Positions 1 through 8,254 of a stretch of 64,000 bases of DNA are shown here, one piece after another (within the stretch, counting starts at the first letter, position 1; each line of letters opens with the position of its first letter). The notes below the pieces were generated by a model that saw nothing but the letters and a program-made list of their open reading frames with translations, had not been told where the DNA came from and ran no database searches. The DNA is from an uncultured delta proteobacterium (lineage in GTDB: Bacteria > Desulfobacterota > Binatia > UBA9968), in assembly GCA_963804165.1 (NCBI GenBank), contig CAWDPO010000006.1, forward strand, positions 237,552 to 301,551. The letters are read 5' to 3'. The translations under genes were made by a program, and so were the position numbers.

Positions 1-1074
1 GACGACGCCGTCACTTTCATCGACAGCCTCCCCGAGGAGCGCCGCGAAAGGGTCTTGGCGTTGTTGGACCCGGAACGCCAGGCTGCCGTGCGTGAGATCA
101 TCAACTATCCCGAAGGCACGGTCGGCCGAATCATGACCACTGAATTCATGGCGCTCTCTCCCGATACCACCGCCCAGGGCGCCATCGATAAAATCCGTGA
201 ACGCGGCGAGCTCGAAGCATTCTTCTACCTCTATGTCGTCGATGAGGCGGGCAAATTGGTCGGCGTGGTGCCGATCCGCAACCTGGTGATCGCGCCGCCC
301 AACCGCAAGCTCTCCGACATGATGATCGCTGATCCGGTGAAGGCCAATGTCTTCACGGATCAGGAAGAGGCGGCGCGCTTGGTCTCCCGCTATGAACTAC
401 TGGCGCTGCCGATCGTCGACGAGGCGGGCCGCTTGGAAGGCATTATCACCGTCGACGACGTCATCGACATCATCAATGAAGAAAGCACCGAGGACATGTA
501 CAAAATGGCCGGCTTGGCCGAAGAAGATCGGGTATTCACACCAGTCTCCCGTTCGGTCAGAATGCGTCTGCCCTGGACGATTTTAAATTTGCTCACCGCC
601 AGCTTGGCGGCATCGGTGGTGGGACTTTTCGAAGGAACGCTGCACGAGATTATCGCTCTGGTCACTTTCATGCCGGTCATCGCCGGCGTCGGCGGCAACG
701 GCGCGACTCAAACCGCCACGGTGATCATCCGCGCGATCGCTTTGGGCGAATTGGAATTTGCCTCGGCGTGGAAAGCGATCGTCAAACAGGTTTCGGTCAA
801 TATTTGTATCGCGCTGGCGGCGGGCGGGATGATTGCCATTGCCGCCATTCTCTGGAAAGGAAGTCCGTTTCTCGGGCTGGTGCTCGCGGCGGCGATGATC
901 TTCAATCTCGGCTTGATGGCCGGGTTTGCCGGAGCGGTGATTCCCCTGTTGTTGAAAGCGCTCAAGTTCGACCCCGCCCTGGGCTCCGGCATTATTGTCA
1001 CCGGACTTACCGATGCCTTCGGATTCCTGTCGTTTCTTGGCCTCGCCACGTATTTTCGCCGCTACCTCACTTAA
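1..1074 (+). CDS. mgtE: Magnesium transporter MgtE (5' end outside window)
   Basis: Frame open from base 1 (DDAVTFIDSLPEE); CBS pair (GRIMTTEF, GIITVDDVID); MgtE membrane domain (GVGGNGATQT, DPALGSG, TDAFGF). Confidence 0.95.
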   Translation, partial: DDAVTFIDSLPEERRERVLALLDPERQAAVREIINYPEGTVGRIMTTEFMALSPDTTAQGAIDKIRERGELEAFFYLYVVDEAGKLVGVVPIRNLVIAPPNRKLSDMMIADPVKANVFTDQEEAARLVSRYELLALPIVDEAGRLEGIITVDDVIDIINEESTEDMYKMAGLAEEDRVFTPVSRSVRMRLPWTILNLLTASLAASVVGLFEGTLHEIIALVTFMPVIAGVGGNGATQTATVIIRAIALGELEFASAWKAIVKQVSVNICIALAAGGMIAIAAILWKGSPFLGLVLAAAMIFNLGLMAGFAGAVIPLLLKALKFDPALGSGIIVTGLTDAFGFLSFLGLATYFRRYLT

Positions 1075-2045
1075 CTTGCTCCTTCGGGCATCGCACGGTC
1101 CGGCTTGGGACTTTGCTGCAATAGAAACACCAGCCCGCCGATCAAGCTATCCAGCACGACGACCAAGAAAAGCAACAATCCAAAGGCGATGCCCTTTTCA
1201 GTGCCGATGCCGATCACCGCGAGCAGAAAAATATAGCCGCCCTCGCGCAGTCCGAGGCCATTCAGGCTAATGGGAATGGCGGAGAATGTTCCGACCAATG
1301 GATAAACGATGACGGCAAAAGAGAACGGCACGTTGAGATCGAGCGCTCGTCCCATCACCACGTGCATCCAGGCTTGCACCAAATGAATCACAACCGAAAG
1401 CAGGGTCGCTACCAGCAAAGCGCGCCAGTGGGTTCGATAGCTCCTAAAGGCCAGGCGCAACTTGACCACGAGCCGACTGCCGTCTAGGGGCAGAAATCGC
1501 CGCAGCAAAGGAATGAGTGAGCCCGCAACGAGCAAGCCAAGAGCCAGCGAGAAAGTCGCCAGGCGGGCCGTGCGCGGGACAGCGTAGTCGGGAAACAGCA
1601 GCAGCCCCGCCGCGCCGAGCCAAACAAGCACGACCATGCCAATCGCGCGATCCATTAGCACCGACATGGTGGCATGTACCGTCGTTACCGAACTTCCTTT
1701 CGTGCGCGGGTCTTCGTCCCGGACAAGATAGTAAACGCGGCTCACATCGCCACCCACGGTGCCCGGCGCGAAAAGATTAAAAAACATGCCGATCAGGTAA
1801 TAGCGTAGCATGTCTTTCAACGGCGTCCTGATTCCGAGCGGCCGAGCCAGAGTCGTCCAGCGCAGCGTGCTGACGACTTGCGTGCCCAGATAGACGAGCA
1901 GCGCCAGAGCGATATAGGAAAACTTCGCGGATGCGAAAGTTTGCACAAACCTTTCGGGGTGGACACGCGAGATAAAATACGCGAGCAACCCGCCGCTGAC
2001 GACGACCTTGAGGAGAAGAATGATAACGGGTTTGGCCTTGTTCAT
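1071..2045 (-). CDS. Lysylphosphatidylglycerol synthase TM-domain (UPF0104) membrane protein
   Basis: FFNLFAPGTVGGD and IPISLNGLGLRE motifs; multiple TM helices. Confidence 0.85.
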   Translation of the reverse strand: MNKAKPVIILLLKVVVSGGLLAYFISRVHPERFVQTFASAKFSYIALALLVYLGTQVVSTLRWTTLARPLGIRTPLKDMLRYYLIGMFFNLFAPGTVGGDVSRVYYLVRDEDPRTKGSSVTTVHATMSVLMDRAIGMVVLVWLGAAGLLLFPDYAVPRTARLATFSLALGLLVAGSLIPLLRRFLPLDGSRLVVKLRLAFRSYRTHWRALLVATLLSVVIHLVQAWMHVVMGRALDLNVPFSFAVIVYPLVGTFSAIPISLNGLGLREGGYIFLLAVIGIGTEKGIAFGLLLFLVVVLDSLIGGLVFLLQQSPKPDRAMPEGAS

Positions 2046-2704
2046 TCTTCTAACGGTGGTAGGACCAGCGTCGGGGAACCGTCTTTGTTCAGACCATCGA
2101 CCAAAACTCTACGTCCAACGACATGCAGACGCCCTTCGGCATACAGCTGAATGGCGCGTGGATAGATTCTGTGTTCTTGTTCGAGAATCCTGGTTGCCAG
2201 CGCTTCCTCGGTATCGTCGGGAAAAACCGGTACGACGGCTTGAATAATGATCGGACCCTCGTCGCACTCTTCGTTGACAAAATGCACCGTGCAGCCGGCG
2301 AATCGCACGCCATGCTCCAGAGCTTTCTTTTGCACGTGCAGACCGGGGAAAGCCGGCAACAACGCCGGGTGAATATTCATGATGCGGTTCGAGTAGGCCT
2401 TGACGAACACCGGTGAAAGTAAACGCATGAAGCCGGCCAGGATCACGAGCTCGACGCCGCGCCCGCGCAGTATATCGATGACGGCTTGGTCGTAAACTTC
2501 GCGGCTGGCAAACGCTTTGTGATCTAGAACTTCAGTGTGAATGCCGTGATTCTGCGCGCGCGCCAAACCATAAGCGTCTGCCTTGTTGCTCAGCACGACC
2601 GCGATGTGAGCATCGAGCTTCTTGGCTTCGATGGCGTCGATGATCGCTTGCAGATTTGTGCCGCTCCCCGAGATCAGCACGCCGATGGGAAGTTGCCTTG
2701 CCAT
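2042..2704 (-). CDS. purN: Phosphoribosylglycinamide formyltransferase
   Basis: LISGSGTNLQA, LAGFMRLL, NIHPALLPAFPG motifs; downstream of purM. Confidence 0.97.
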   Translation of the reverse strand: MARQLPIGVLISGSGTNLQAIIDAIEAKKLDAHIAVVLSNKADAYGLARAQNHGIHTEVLDHKAFASREVYDQAVIDILRGRGVELVILAGFMRLLSPVFVKAYSNRIMNIHPALLPAFPGLHVQKKALEHGVRFAGCTVHFVNEECDEGPIIIQAVVPVFPDDTEEALATRILEQEHRIYPRAIQLYAEGRLHVVGRRVLVDGLNKDGSPTLVLPPLEE

Positions 2705-2713
2705 AAGTTTCTC

Positions 2714-3754
2714 TTACGAGCGGATCGTCGCCGCCCTCGTGCCATTGCGGATCTCGCCGACGATATAGAATTTTTCGCCCATTTCCTTGAGTGTCCGTGC
2801 GACCCCATCCACCTGCTTCTTGCCGACCACTAAAATCATGCCCAGACCGTTATTAAACGTCCTGTCCATCTCGTCCTGCGCGATGGCGCCGGTTTTTTGA
2901 ATGAGCGTAAAGACCGGCGGCACCGGCCAGCTGCCACGCTCGACAATCGCCGCTCGTCCCTTCGGCAACACCCGGGGCAGATTTCCGGTAATGCCACCGC
3001 CGGTAATATGCGCAGCGCCTTTGATCCGGTATTGCGCGAATAACTTGCGCGTAATCTTTGCATAGATCCGTGTCGGCTCGAGTAACTCTTCGGCTAACGT
3101 ACAGCCGAGCTCGGCAACACGCTGGTGAATTCTAAATCGCCCTTTCTCAAACAGCGCTTTGCGCGCCAGCGAGTAGCCGTTGCTGTGCAGACCGCTGGAA
3201 GGAAGACCGATTAAAAAATCGCCCGCCGCGATCGCCTCGGGATCGATGATTTTCTTCTTTTCCAAAGCTCCGACGATGAAGCCCGCGAGATCGTATTCGC
3301 CATTGGGAAAATCACCCGGATGCTCCGCGGTTTCGCCGCCGATCAACGCGCAACCCGCTTCGCGGCAACCGGCAGCGACACCCCTCACCACCGCTTCGGC
3401 GATTTTGACATCGAGTTTGCCGCAGACGAAATAATCCAAGAAAAAAAGCGGCGCCGCGCCTTGCGTCAAGATATCGTTCACACCCATGGCGACGAGATCG
3501 ATGCCGATGGTGTCGTGAACGCCCGTCATTGCAGCAATCTTGAGCTTCGTGCCGACACCATCGGTGGACGAAACCAAGATGGGATGTCGATAACCCAAGC
3601 TCTTCAGATCGAACAAAGCACTGAACCCGCCGACGCCGGCCAAGACACCCGGCAGTTTGGTCTTCTGGGCAATAGGCCCGATACGACGGACGAGCTCGTC
3701 GCCGGCTTCTATGCTTACGCCGGCTTGCGCGTAGGTCAGTCCTCGGGTGGCCAT
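2714..3754 (-). CDS. purM: Phosphoribosylformylglycinamidine cyclo-ligase
   Basis: TYAQAGV, TDGVGTKLKIA, GGETAEHPG, GLHSNGYSL motifs. Confidence 0.97.
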   Translation of the reverse strand: MATRGLTYAQAGVSIEAGDELVRRIGPIAQKTKLPGVLAGVGGFSALFDLKSLGYRHPILVSSTDGVGTKLKIAAMTGVHDTIGIDLVAMGVNDILTQGAAPLFFLDYFVCGKLDVKIAEAVVRGVAAGCREAGCALIGGETAEHPGDFPNGEYDLAGFIVGALEKKKIIDPEAIAAGDFLIGLPSSGLHSNGYSLARKALFEKGRFRIHQRVAELGCTLAEELLEPTRIYAKITRKLFAQYRIKGAAHITGGGITGNLPRVLPKGRAAIVERGSWPVPPVFTLIQKTGAIAQDEMDRTFNNGLGMILVVGKKQVDGVARTLKEMGEKFYIVGEIRNGTRAATIRS

Positions 3755-3828
3755 GGGTGGGTCTTGGAAAAACTTTCGGCAAGCAAATTTCTATTTCAGG
3801 CTCATGATAGCGCAGACTTTTAAGAAAT

Positions 3829-4623
3829 TCACATGGTCGAGCCCGCGGTGACGCCCGATGTGCCGCCAGCCGCAGCGAGCAAGGCGCGAATTTTCAAAGT
3901 ATATTCACCGAATTTCGGAGTGCTCATGATCTCCATCGTGCGGGGACGCGGTAAATCGACGGCAATTTTTTCCAGCAACCGCCCCGGCCGTGCCGACATG
4001 ACAAAAACGATATCCGAAAGAAATACCGCCTCTTGAATGCTGTGGGTAACGAACAACACGGTCTTCTTTCGTTCCTCCCAGATACGCAGAAGCTCCATGT
4101 CCAGCTCGTCGCGCGTCATCGCGTCGAGCGCGCCGAACGGTTCGTCCATTAGCAGAAGCTGTGGATCGGTCACTAAGGCGCGGCACAGCGAGGCCCGCTG
4201 TTGCATGCCGCCTGAAAGCTCGTGCGGATACATCTCCTCGAATCCCTCCAATCCCACTAGGTTGATGAGCGCGCGGGCTTTGTCGACATAGCTTGGCACA
4301 TCCAATTTAGCGAATTCCACCGGCAAGAGAATATTGCCGAGCACGGTGCGCCACTTGAGCAGCACGGGCGCTTGAAACACCATGCCGACGTTCTCGAGTG
4401 GCCCGGTGACGGATTTGCCGCTTACGGAGATTTTCCCCGATGACGCCGGCAGCAGCCCGGAAATGATTTTGAGCAGCGTGCTCTTACCGCAGCCGCTTGG
4501 GCCGACGATGGAGACAAAGTTGCCGGATTGAATCTCGAACGAAACCCGATCCAGCGCTGTAACGATCCTCGCGCCGCCGGTAAAAACTCGGGAGACTTCT
4601 TCTACCGTGATCAGCGGCGGCAC
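3829..4623 (-). CDS. NitT/TauT-family ABC transporter ATP-binding protein
   Basis: Walker A GPSGCGKST, LSGGMQQR, LLMDEPFGALD. Confidence 0.93.
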   Translation of the reverse strand: MPPLITVEEVSRVFTGGARIVTALDRVSFEIQSGNFVSIVGPSGCGKSTLLKIISGLLPASSGKISVSGKSVTGPLENVGMVFQAPVLLKWRTVLGNILLPVEFAKLDVPSYVDKARALINLVGLEGFEEMYPHELSGGMQQRASLCRALVTDPQLLLMDEPFGALDAMTRDELDMELLRIWEERKKTVLFVTHSIQEAVFLSDIVFVMSARPGRLLEKIAVDLPRPRTMEIMSTPKFGEYTLKIRALLAAAGGTSGVTAGSTM

Positions 4624-4653
4624 TTCGGAACCTGAGCAAACGAATAATATTGT

Positions 4654-5664
4654 TTATCGCCTGATAAACTGATTGATGAAGGCTTCTTTCGCCGTCACTT
4701 TCCGGCCGATATCGAAAAACTCGTTGACGATTTTTACGGTTTTTTCCGTGATGTCCGGCTTCATGTAACCTAAACCCGACTGAACAGATTCCGGCGGCAG
4801 AAAGACCTCGGTGAGAGCGTTCTTCAATTGCACAGTCGCCAAGTACTGGTCCAGTTCCGGCTTGTGTTTGAGCAAAATTTTGAGCGCCGCTTCTTGATTA
4901 TCGCGCGCATAGCGCAACCCTTCCAAAGTCGCCTCGACGTAGGCGCGCACGAATTCCGGGCGCTTCTTGACATCATCCTCCTTCACGACAAGGCCGGTAC
5001 CGTAGATGTCGAGGCCGGTGTCCTTCATGAAAATTCGATTGAGCTTGACTCCAACCTTGCTTGCCGCCAATTCCGCGATCTCATCGTTCGAGCCCCGGTA
5101 CATAACGATAAAGTCCGCCTTCTTCGTTGCCAGCGCCGCGGGCTGAAGCGGCGCCGCCGTCTCCTGAATGCGAATGGCTTTGTAGTCGACCTTATTGATC
5201 CGGCAATACGCCGGCATCAAATACCATTGGGCCTGCCCGGGACTGATCGCATAGGTTTTGCCTTCCAGGTCCTTTAATTGTTTTATGTTCGTATCTTCGC
5301 GCCACATAATGGTCGCGGGAACGTAGCCGAACTGCGCCACCGTCTGAATCGGTGTTCCCCGCGAGCGTGCGACGATCGTGGTCGAGATATCGGCAAAACC
5401 GAAGTCGGCTCCGCCGGCGCCGATCGTTCGCACCGTGTCCGCGGAGCCCGTGCTCGATTGGATCGTCACGTTTAAACCGCGCTTGGCATAGAAGCCCTTA
5501 TCCAACGCCACAAACCAGGGCGCGTGCTTGCCGCCGATGATGAAGTCCATGCGCACGTTCGCCGGCGTGAGCTCGGCCGCCTGCGCAGCGACGCCAAAGC
5601 CAAGAATGACGAGTGCCAACGCGACTCCGCCAATTCGTGCCATTTGCTTAATCGGAAACATCAT
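4654..5664 (-). CDS. NMT1/THI5-like ABC substrate-binding protein
   Basis: Signal peptide; HAPWFVALDKGFY..GLNVTI motif; GGAGG RBS upstream of ATG 5664/5661. Confidence 0.88.
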   Translation of the reverse strand: MMFPIKQMARIGGVALALVILGFGVAAQAAELTPANVRMDFIIGGKHAPWFVALDKGFYAKRGLNVTIQSSTGSADTVRTIGAGGADFGFADISTTIVARSRGTPIQTVAQFGYVPATIMWREDTNIKQLKDLEGKTYAISPGQAQWYLMPAYCRINKVDYKAIRIQETAAPLQPAALATKKADFIVMYRGSNDEIAELAASKVGVKLNRIFMKDTGLDIYGTGLVVKEDDVKKRPEFVRAYVEATLEGLRYARDNQEAALKILLKHKPELDQYLATVQLKNALTEVFLPPESVQSGLGYMKPDITEKTVKIVNEFFDIGRKVTAKEAFINQFIRR

Positions 5665-5685
5665 GCAACCTCCGCGAACCAAGAA

Positions 5686-6462
5686 TCAAAACGAACCTTC
5701 GACCTCACGTACCGCAGCGCTCCACGGCGCGAGTTTTCTTTGTAAAAGCTCCGCAAGCCAAAACAACCCTAAGGACAAGACCGCCAAAATGAGCAAAATC
5801 ACGAGGGCGAAGGCGGTGTCCAAACTATAATTCGCTTGCAACACCAAATAGCCGAGCCCTTCGTTCGCGGCGACGAACTCGGCGACGATGGCGCCGGTCA
5901 CCGACAGCACGATCGCGACTTTGATACCGGCGAACATATACGGCAGCGAGTTCGGTAAGCGAATCTTCTTGAAAACGTCGCTCTCCGAGGCGCGGTTTAC
6001 GCGCGCCAGTTCGAGCAGCTCCGGCTCGACCTCTTTTAAACCGACGACCGTATTGACCACGATTGGGAAAAATGCGACGAGAAAAGCAATGGCGATCTTC
6101 GAGAACAAGCCATAACCAACCCAGATCACCATCAAGGGCGCGAAGGCGCTCTTGGGCATGGCGTAGAGAATGACGATCAAGGGATAGATCGTATTCTGCA
6201 GATGACGCGAGTAAACCACCGCGATCGCAAAGCCAACGCCAAGGACTAAAGACAAAACGAAACCGCCAAAGGCTTCAATAAAAGTGATCAACGCGTGATT
6301 GCCGAGAATCGGCAGCTTCTTGATAAACGCCGTCACAAGATCGCCCGGCGGCGGCAGGATAAAGGCGGGAACCTTGATCACTTCGACGAGGATCTCCCAC
6401 AGCACCAAGAGCGCGACGAAAAATAGAATGGGCTCGGCGACGTTCTTCCAGGAAGATTTCAC
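5686..6462 (-). CDS. NitT/TauT-family ABC transporter permease
   Basis: LPPPGD, AFAPLMVIWVGYG, GAIVAEFVAANEGLG motifs. Confidence 0.92.
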   Translation of the reverse strand: MKSSWKNVAEPILFFVALLVLWEILVEVIKVPAFILPPPGDLVTAFIKKLPILGNHALITFIEAFGGFVLSLVLGVGFAIAVVYSRHLQNTIYPLIVILYAMPKSAFAPLMVIWVGYGLFSKIAIAFLVAFFPIVVNTVVGLKEVEPELLELARVNRASESDVFKKIRLPNSLPYMFAGIKVAIVLSVTGAIVAEFVAANEGLGYLVLQANYSLDTAFALVILLILAVLSLGLFWLAELLQRKLAPWSAAVREVEGSF

Positions 6463-6758
6463 AATTTCGCTCCGCGCCGACGTTAATGCAAAGACCCTAC
6501 CCTGTCAAGAAAGCCAGCGACTCTGTTCCTCAGCATTTCAATTCTTTGAGCCTCATCAAAAAGGTCCAGATGCGAGGCGCGCGCAGAGTCCGCGAGCGAG
6601 GGCGTACTCTTACAGTACGTTTGAGCGAGCGGACCCAGCGCAACGACAGACTGTGTGAAAACTCTTTCGGAGCCCTTCGACGGTGCTGCTATGTGGATGT
6701 CAAGTCAATAACTCGCAAAGGCTCTTAAATTCTCCTATGACTTTTTCTCCCTACCCAC

Positions 6759-6920
6759 CCAAGAGAGACTCGCTGCTATACGTGGCACGGCACTGGGCCG
6801 TCACACTGACTTGCGATGCGCCCTCTTTGGCACTAAGCCCCGGGATCTCTGTCTCAAGGGTCGAACCTTCAGGAGTCTTGTTCTCCTGGTACTGGCCGTC
6901 GTCGAGTCGTTCCCTGGGGC
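6759..6920 (-). ncRNA. Putative IS110 bridge/seek RNA (two stem/internal-loop/hairpin modules)
   Basis: Loop strands 6773-6779 and 6808-6813 match opposite strands of the IS circle junction; second module 6837-6920 has the same architecture; ends not defined. Confidence 0.65.
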
Positions 6921-8026
6921 ACAGTCTCCTCTTGGGTCAAAGGAGCCGATTGAACTTTTTCTCTCACTTCGTAAGGTCTTTGTTGCATCAACACCACCGC
7001 GGCCCGCACACACAGTTTATGGGCCACCGCCACAATGGCCACTCGAGGACCGAGATGACGCGGATGTTTTTTCGCCACGGTGCGGAAGAACTCTCTCAAC
7101 TCGCCGTCCTGGCGGATCGCCGACCAAGAGGCTTGAATGAGTTTGCTGCGCAGTCTTGGATCTCCGCTGTGAGTAATCGAGCCGCGAGTGGTTCTCTCTC
7201 CGGTGGAGCTCTCGGTGGGTACCAACCCCACAAAGGCCGGCAGCTCACGAATGTTATTGATCTGGCGCCAGTCCCCAATACGGGCCATCATCTGGCTGGC
7301 CACGATCCAGCCGATCCCAGGAAGCGTTTTCAGATACTCGATACACCGAGACAGTTCCGGGTCGTTGTGGCAAAAGCGGCGAATCTCACGGGTGACCTTA
7401 AGGACTTGCTTCTCCCCAAACTCCAGATTGTCCAGCAACTGATCGAGCTTAAAGCGCACCACCGAAGAGCAGGGAAGCTTTCTCAGCTTGGCTTTGACCA
7501 AAAACGACCACTGGCTGCCGGCCGGAGCCGGGGGAAACTCCAGCCCTTCCATCAGCAACAGCGATTTGATGCGTTGCTTCATCGCCACCACCTCGCTGAC
7601 CAGAGCGTCGCGCAGTTGAGTCAAGTGACGCAGCTCTCGATACAAGGTTGTGGGCACATGAATGCTCTTGAGCTGTCCGGCGCGCAGATTCTCTGCCAAT
7701 CCCACGCTGTCGAGCCGATTGGTCTTCACTCGCTGTCCTGGCGCTTTGGGGATCATCGATGGAGAGGCGATCAAGCAAGGGTACCGTTGAGCGACCAACC
7801 CGTCATACAGTCCATAGCCCGTCGGTCCCGCCTCATAGGCAAAGGCTACTTTCTTATCGCCATAGTGCTTACGAACATGGTTTACAAGATACTCGACATT
7901 GTACGGCATGCGCATCGACTTCACAGATCCCTGATGATCGGTAAAGGTCACCGAAATGCTTTTCTTGTCCACATCGAGTCCGCCAAACACATCGTAATCG
8001 CGAGCGATGAAAGTTTCGATTCCCAT
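6869..8026 (-). CDS. IS110-family DEDD recombinase/transposase
   Basis: GLDVDKK, AYEAGPTG, KTNRLDS, LPGIGW, GLVPTESSTGE, AIVAVAHKL; AGGGAGG RBS before ATG 8026. Confidence 0.95.
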   Translation of the reverse strand: MGIETFIARDYDVFGGLDVDKKSISVTFTDHQGSVKSMRMPYNVEYLVNHVRKHYGDKKVAFAYEAGPTGYGLYDGLVAQRYPCLIASPSMIPKAPGQRVKTNRLDSVGLAENLRAGQLKSIHVPTTLYRELRHLTQLRDALVSEVVAMKQRIKSLLLMEGLEFPPAPAGSQWSFLVKAKLRKLPCSSVVRFKLDQLLDNLEFGEKQVLKVTREIRRFCHNDPELSRCIEYLKTLPGIGWIVASQMMARIGDWRQINNIRELPAFVGLVPTESSTGERTTRGSITHSGDPRLRSKLIQASWSAIRQDGELREFFRTVAKKHPRHLGPRVAIVAVAHKLCVRAAVVLMQQRPYEVREKVQSAPLTQEETVPQGTTRRRPVPGEQDS

Positions 8027-8172
8027 CGTAGTGCCTCCCTGGTCCAACGGCCGATAAGTTTCGGCCACTGTACTATCACGGAGCACTCGCGGTATAGCTC
8101 GACATCCCTCATACAAGTCTTAGGGCGAACGGATAAGTACTCAATTTCTAATGAGACCACACGTCGTGAGCA

Positions 8173-8197
8173 GCTTGTCCTGAGCGAAGCCGAAGGA
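8173..8197. repeat. REP-like unit GCTTGTCCTGAGCGAAGCCGAAGGA
   Basis: Inverse-oriented relative of the CCTTCGAC...GCT.AGG unit hit by the IS; lies inside the inner MITE. Confidence 0.6.
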
Positions 8198-8254
8198 AAC
8201 CATGAACGTGTCTTCACACAGTCTGACGAAGCAGGTGGGCCTTTTTCATCAGGC

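Larger units (their letters stand above)
6686..8120 (-). mobile_element. IS110-family (IS1111-like) insertion sequence inserted at a CT core in a REP-like unit
   Basis: CT at 6686-6687 and 8119-8120; removal restores CCCTTCGACGGTG-CT-TAGGGCGAACGG; subterminal IRs TATGTGGATGTC (6690-6701) and GACATCCCTCATA (8101-8113). Confidence 0.88.
6647..8225. mobile_element. Inner MITE-like element with 16-bp TIRs and 4-bp target duplication
   Basis: CAGACTGTGTGAAAAC (6647-6662) vs GTCTTCACACAGTCTG (8210-8225), 15/16; ACGA at 6643-6646 and 8226-8229. Confidence 0.8.

Noticed and set aside
8027-8116. 30-aa N-terminal extension of the transposase in the ORF track
   Set aside because: It starts inside the junction promoter spacer; a good RBS precedes ATG 8026.
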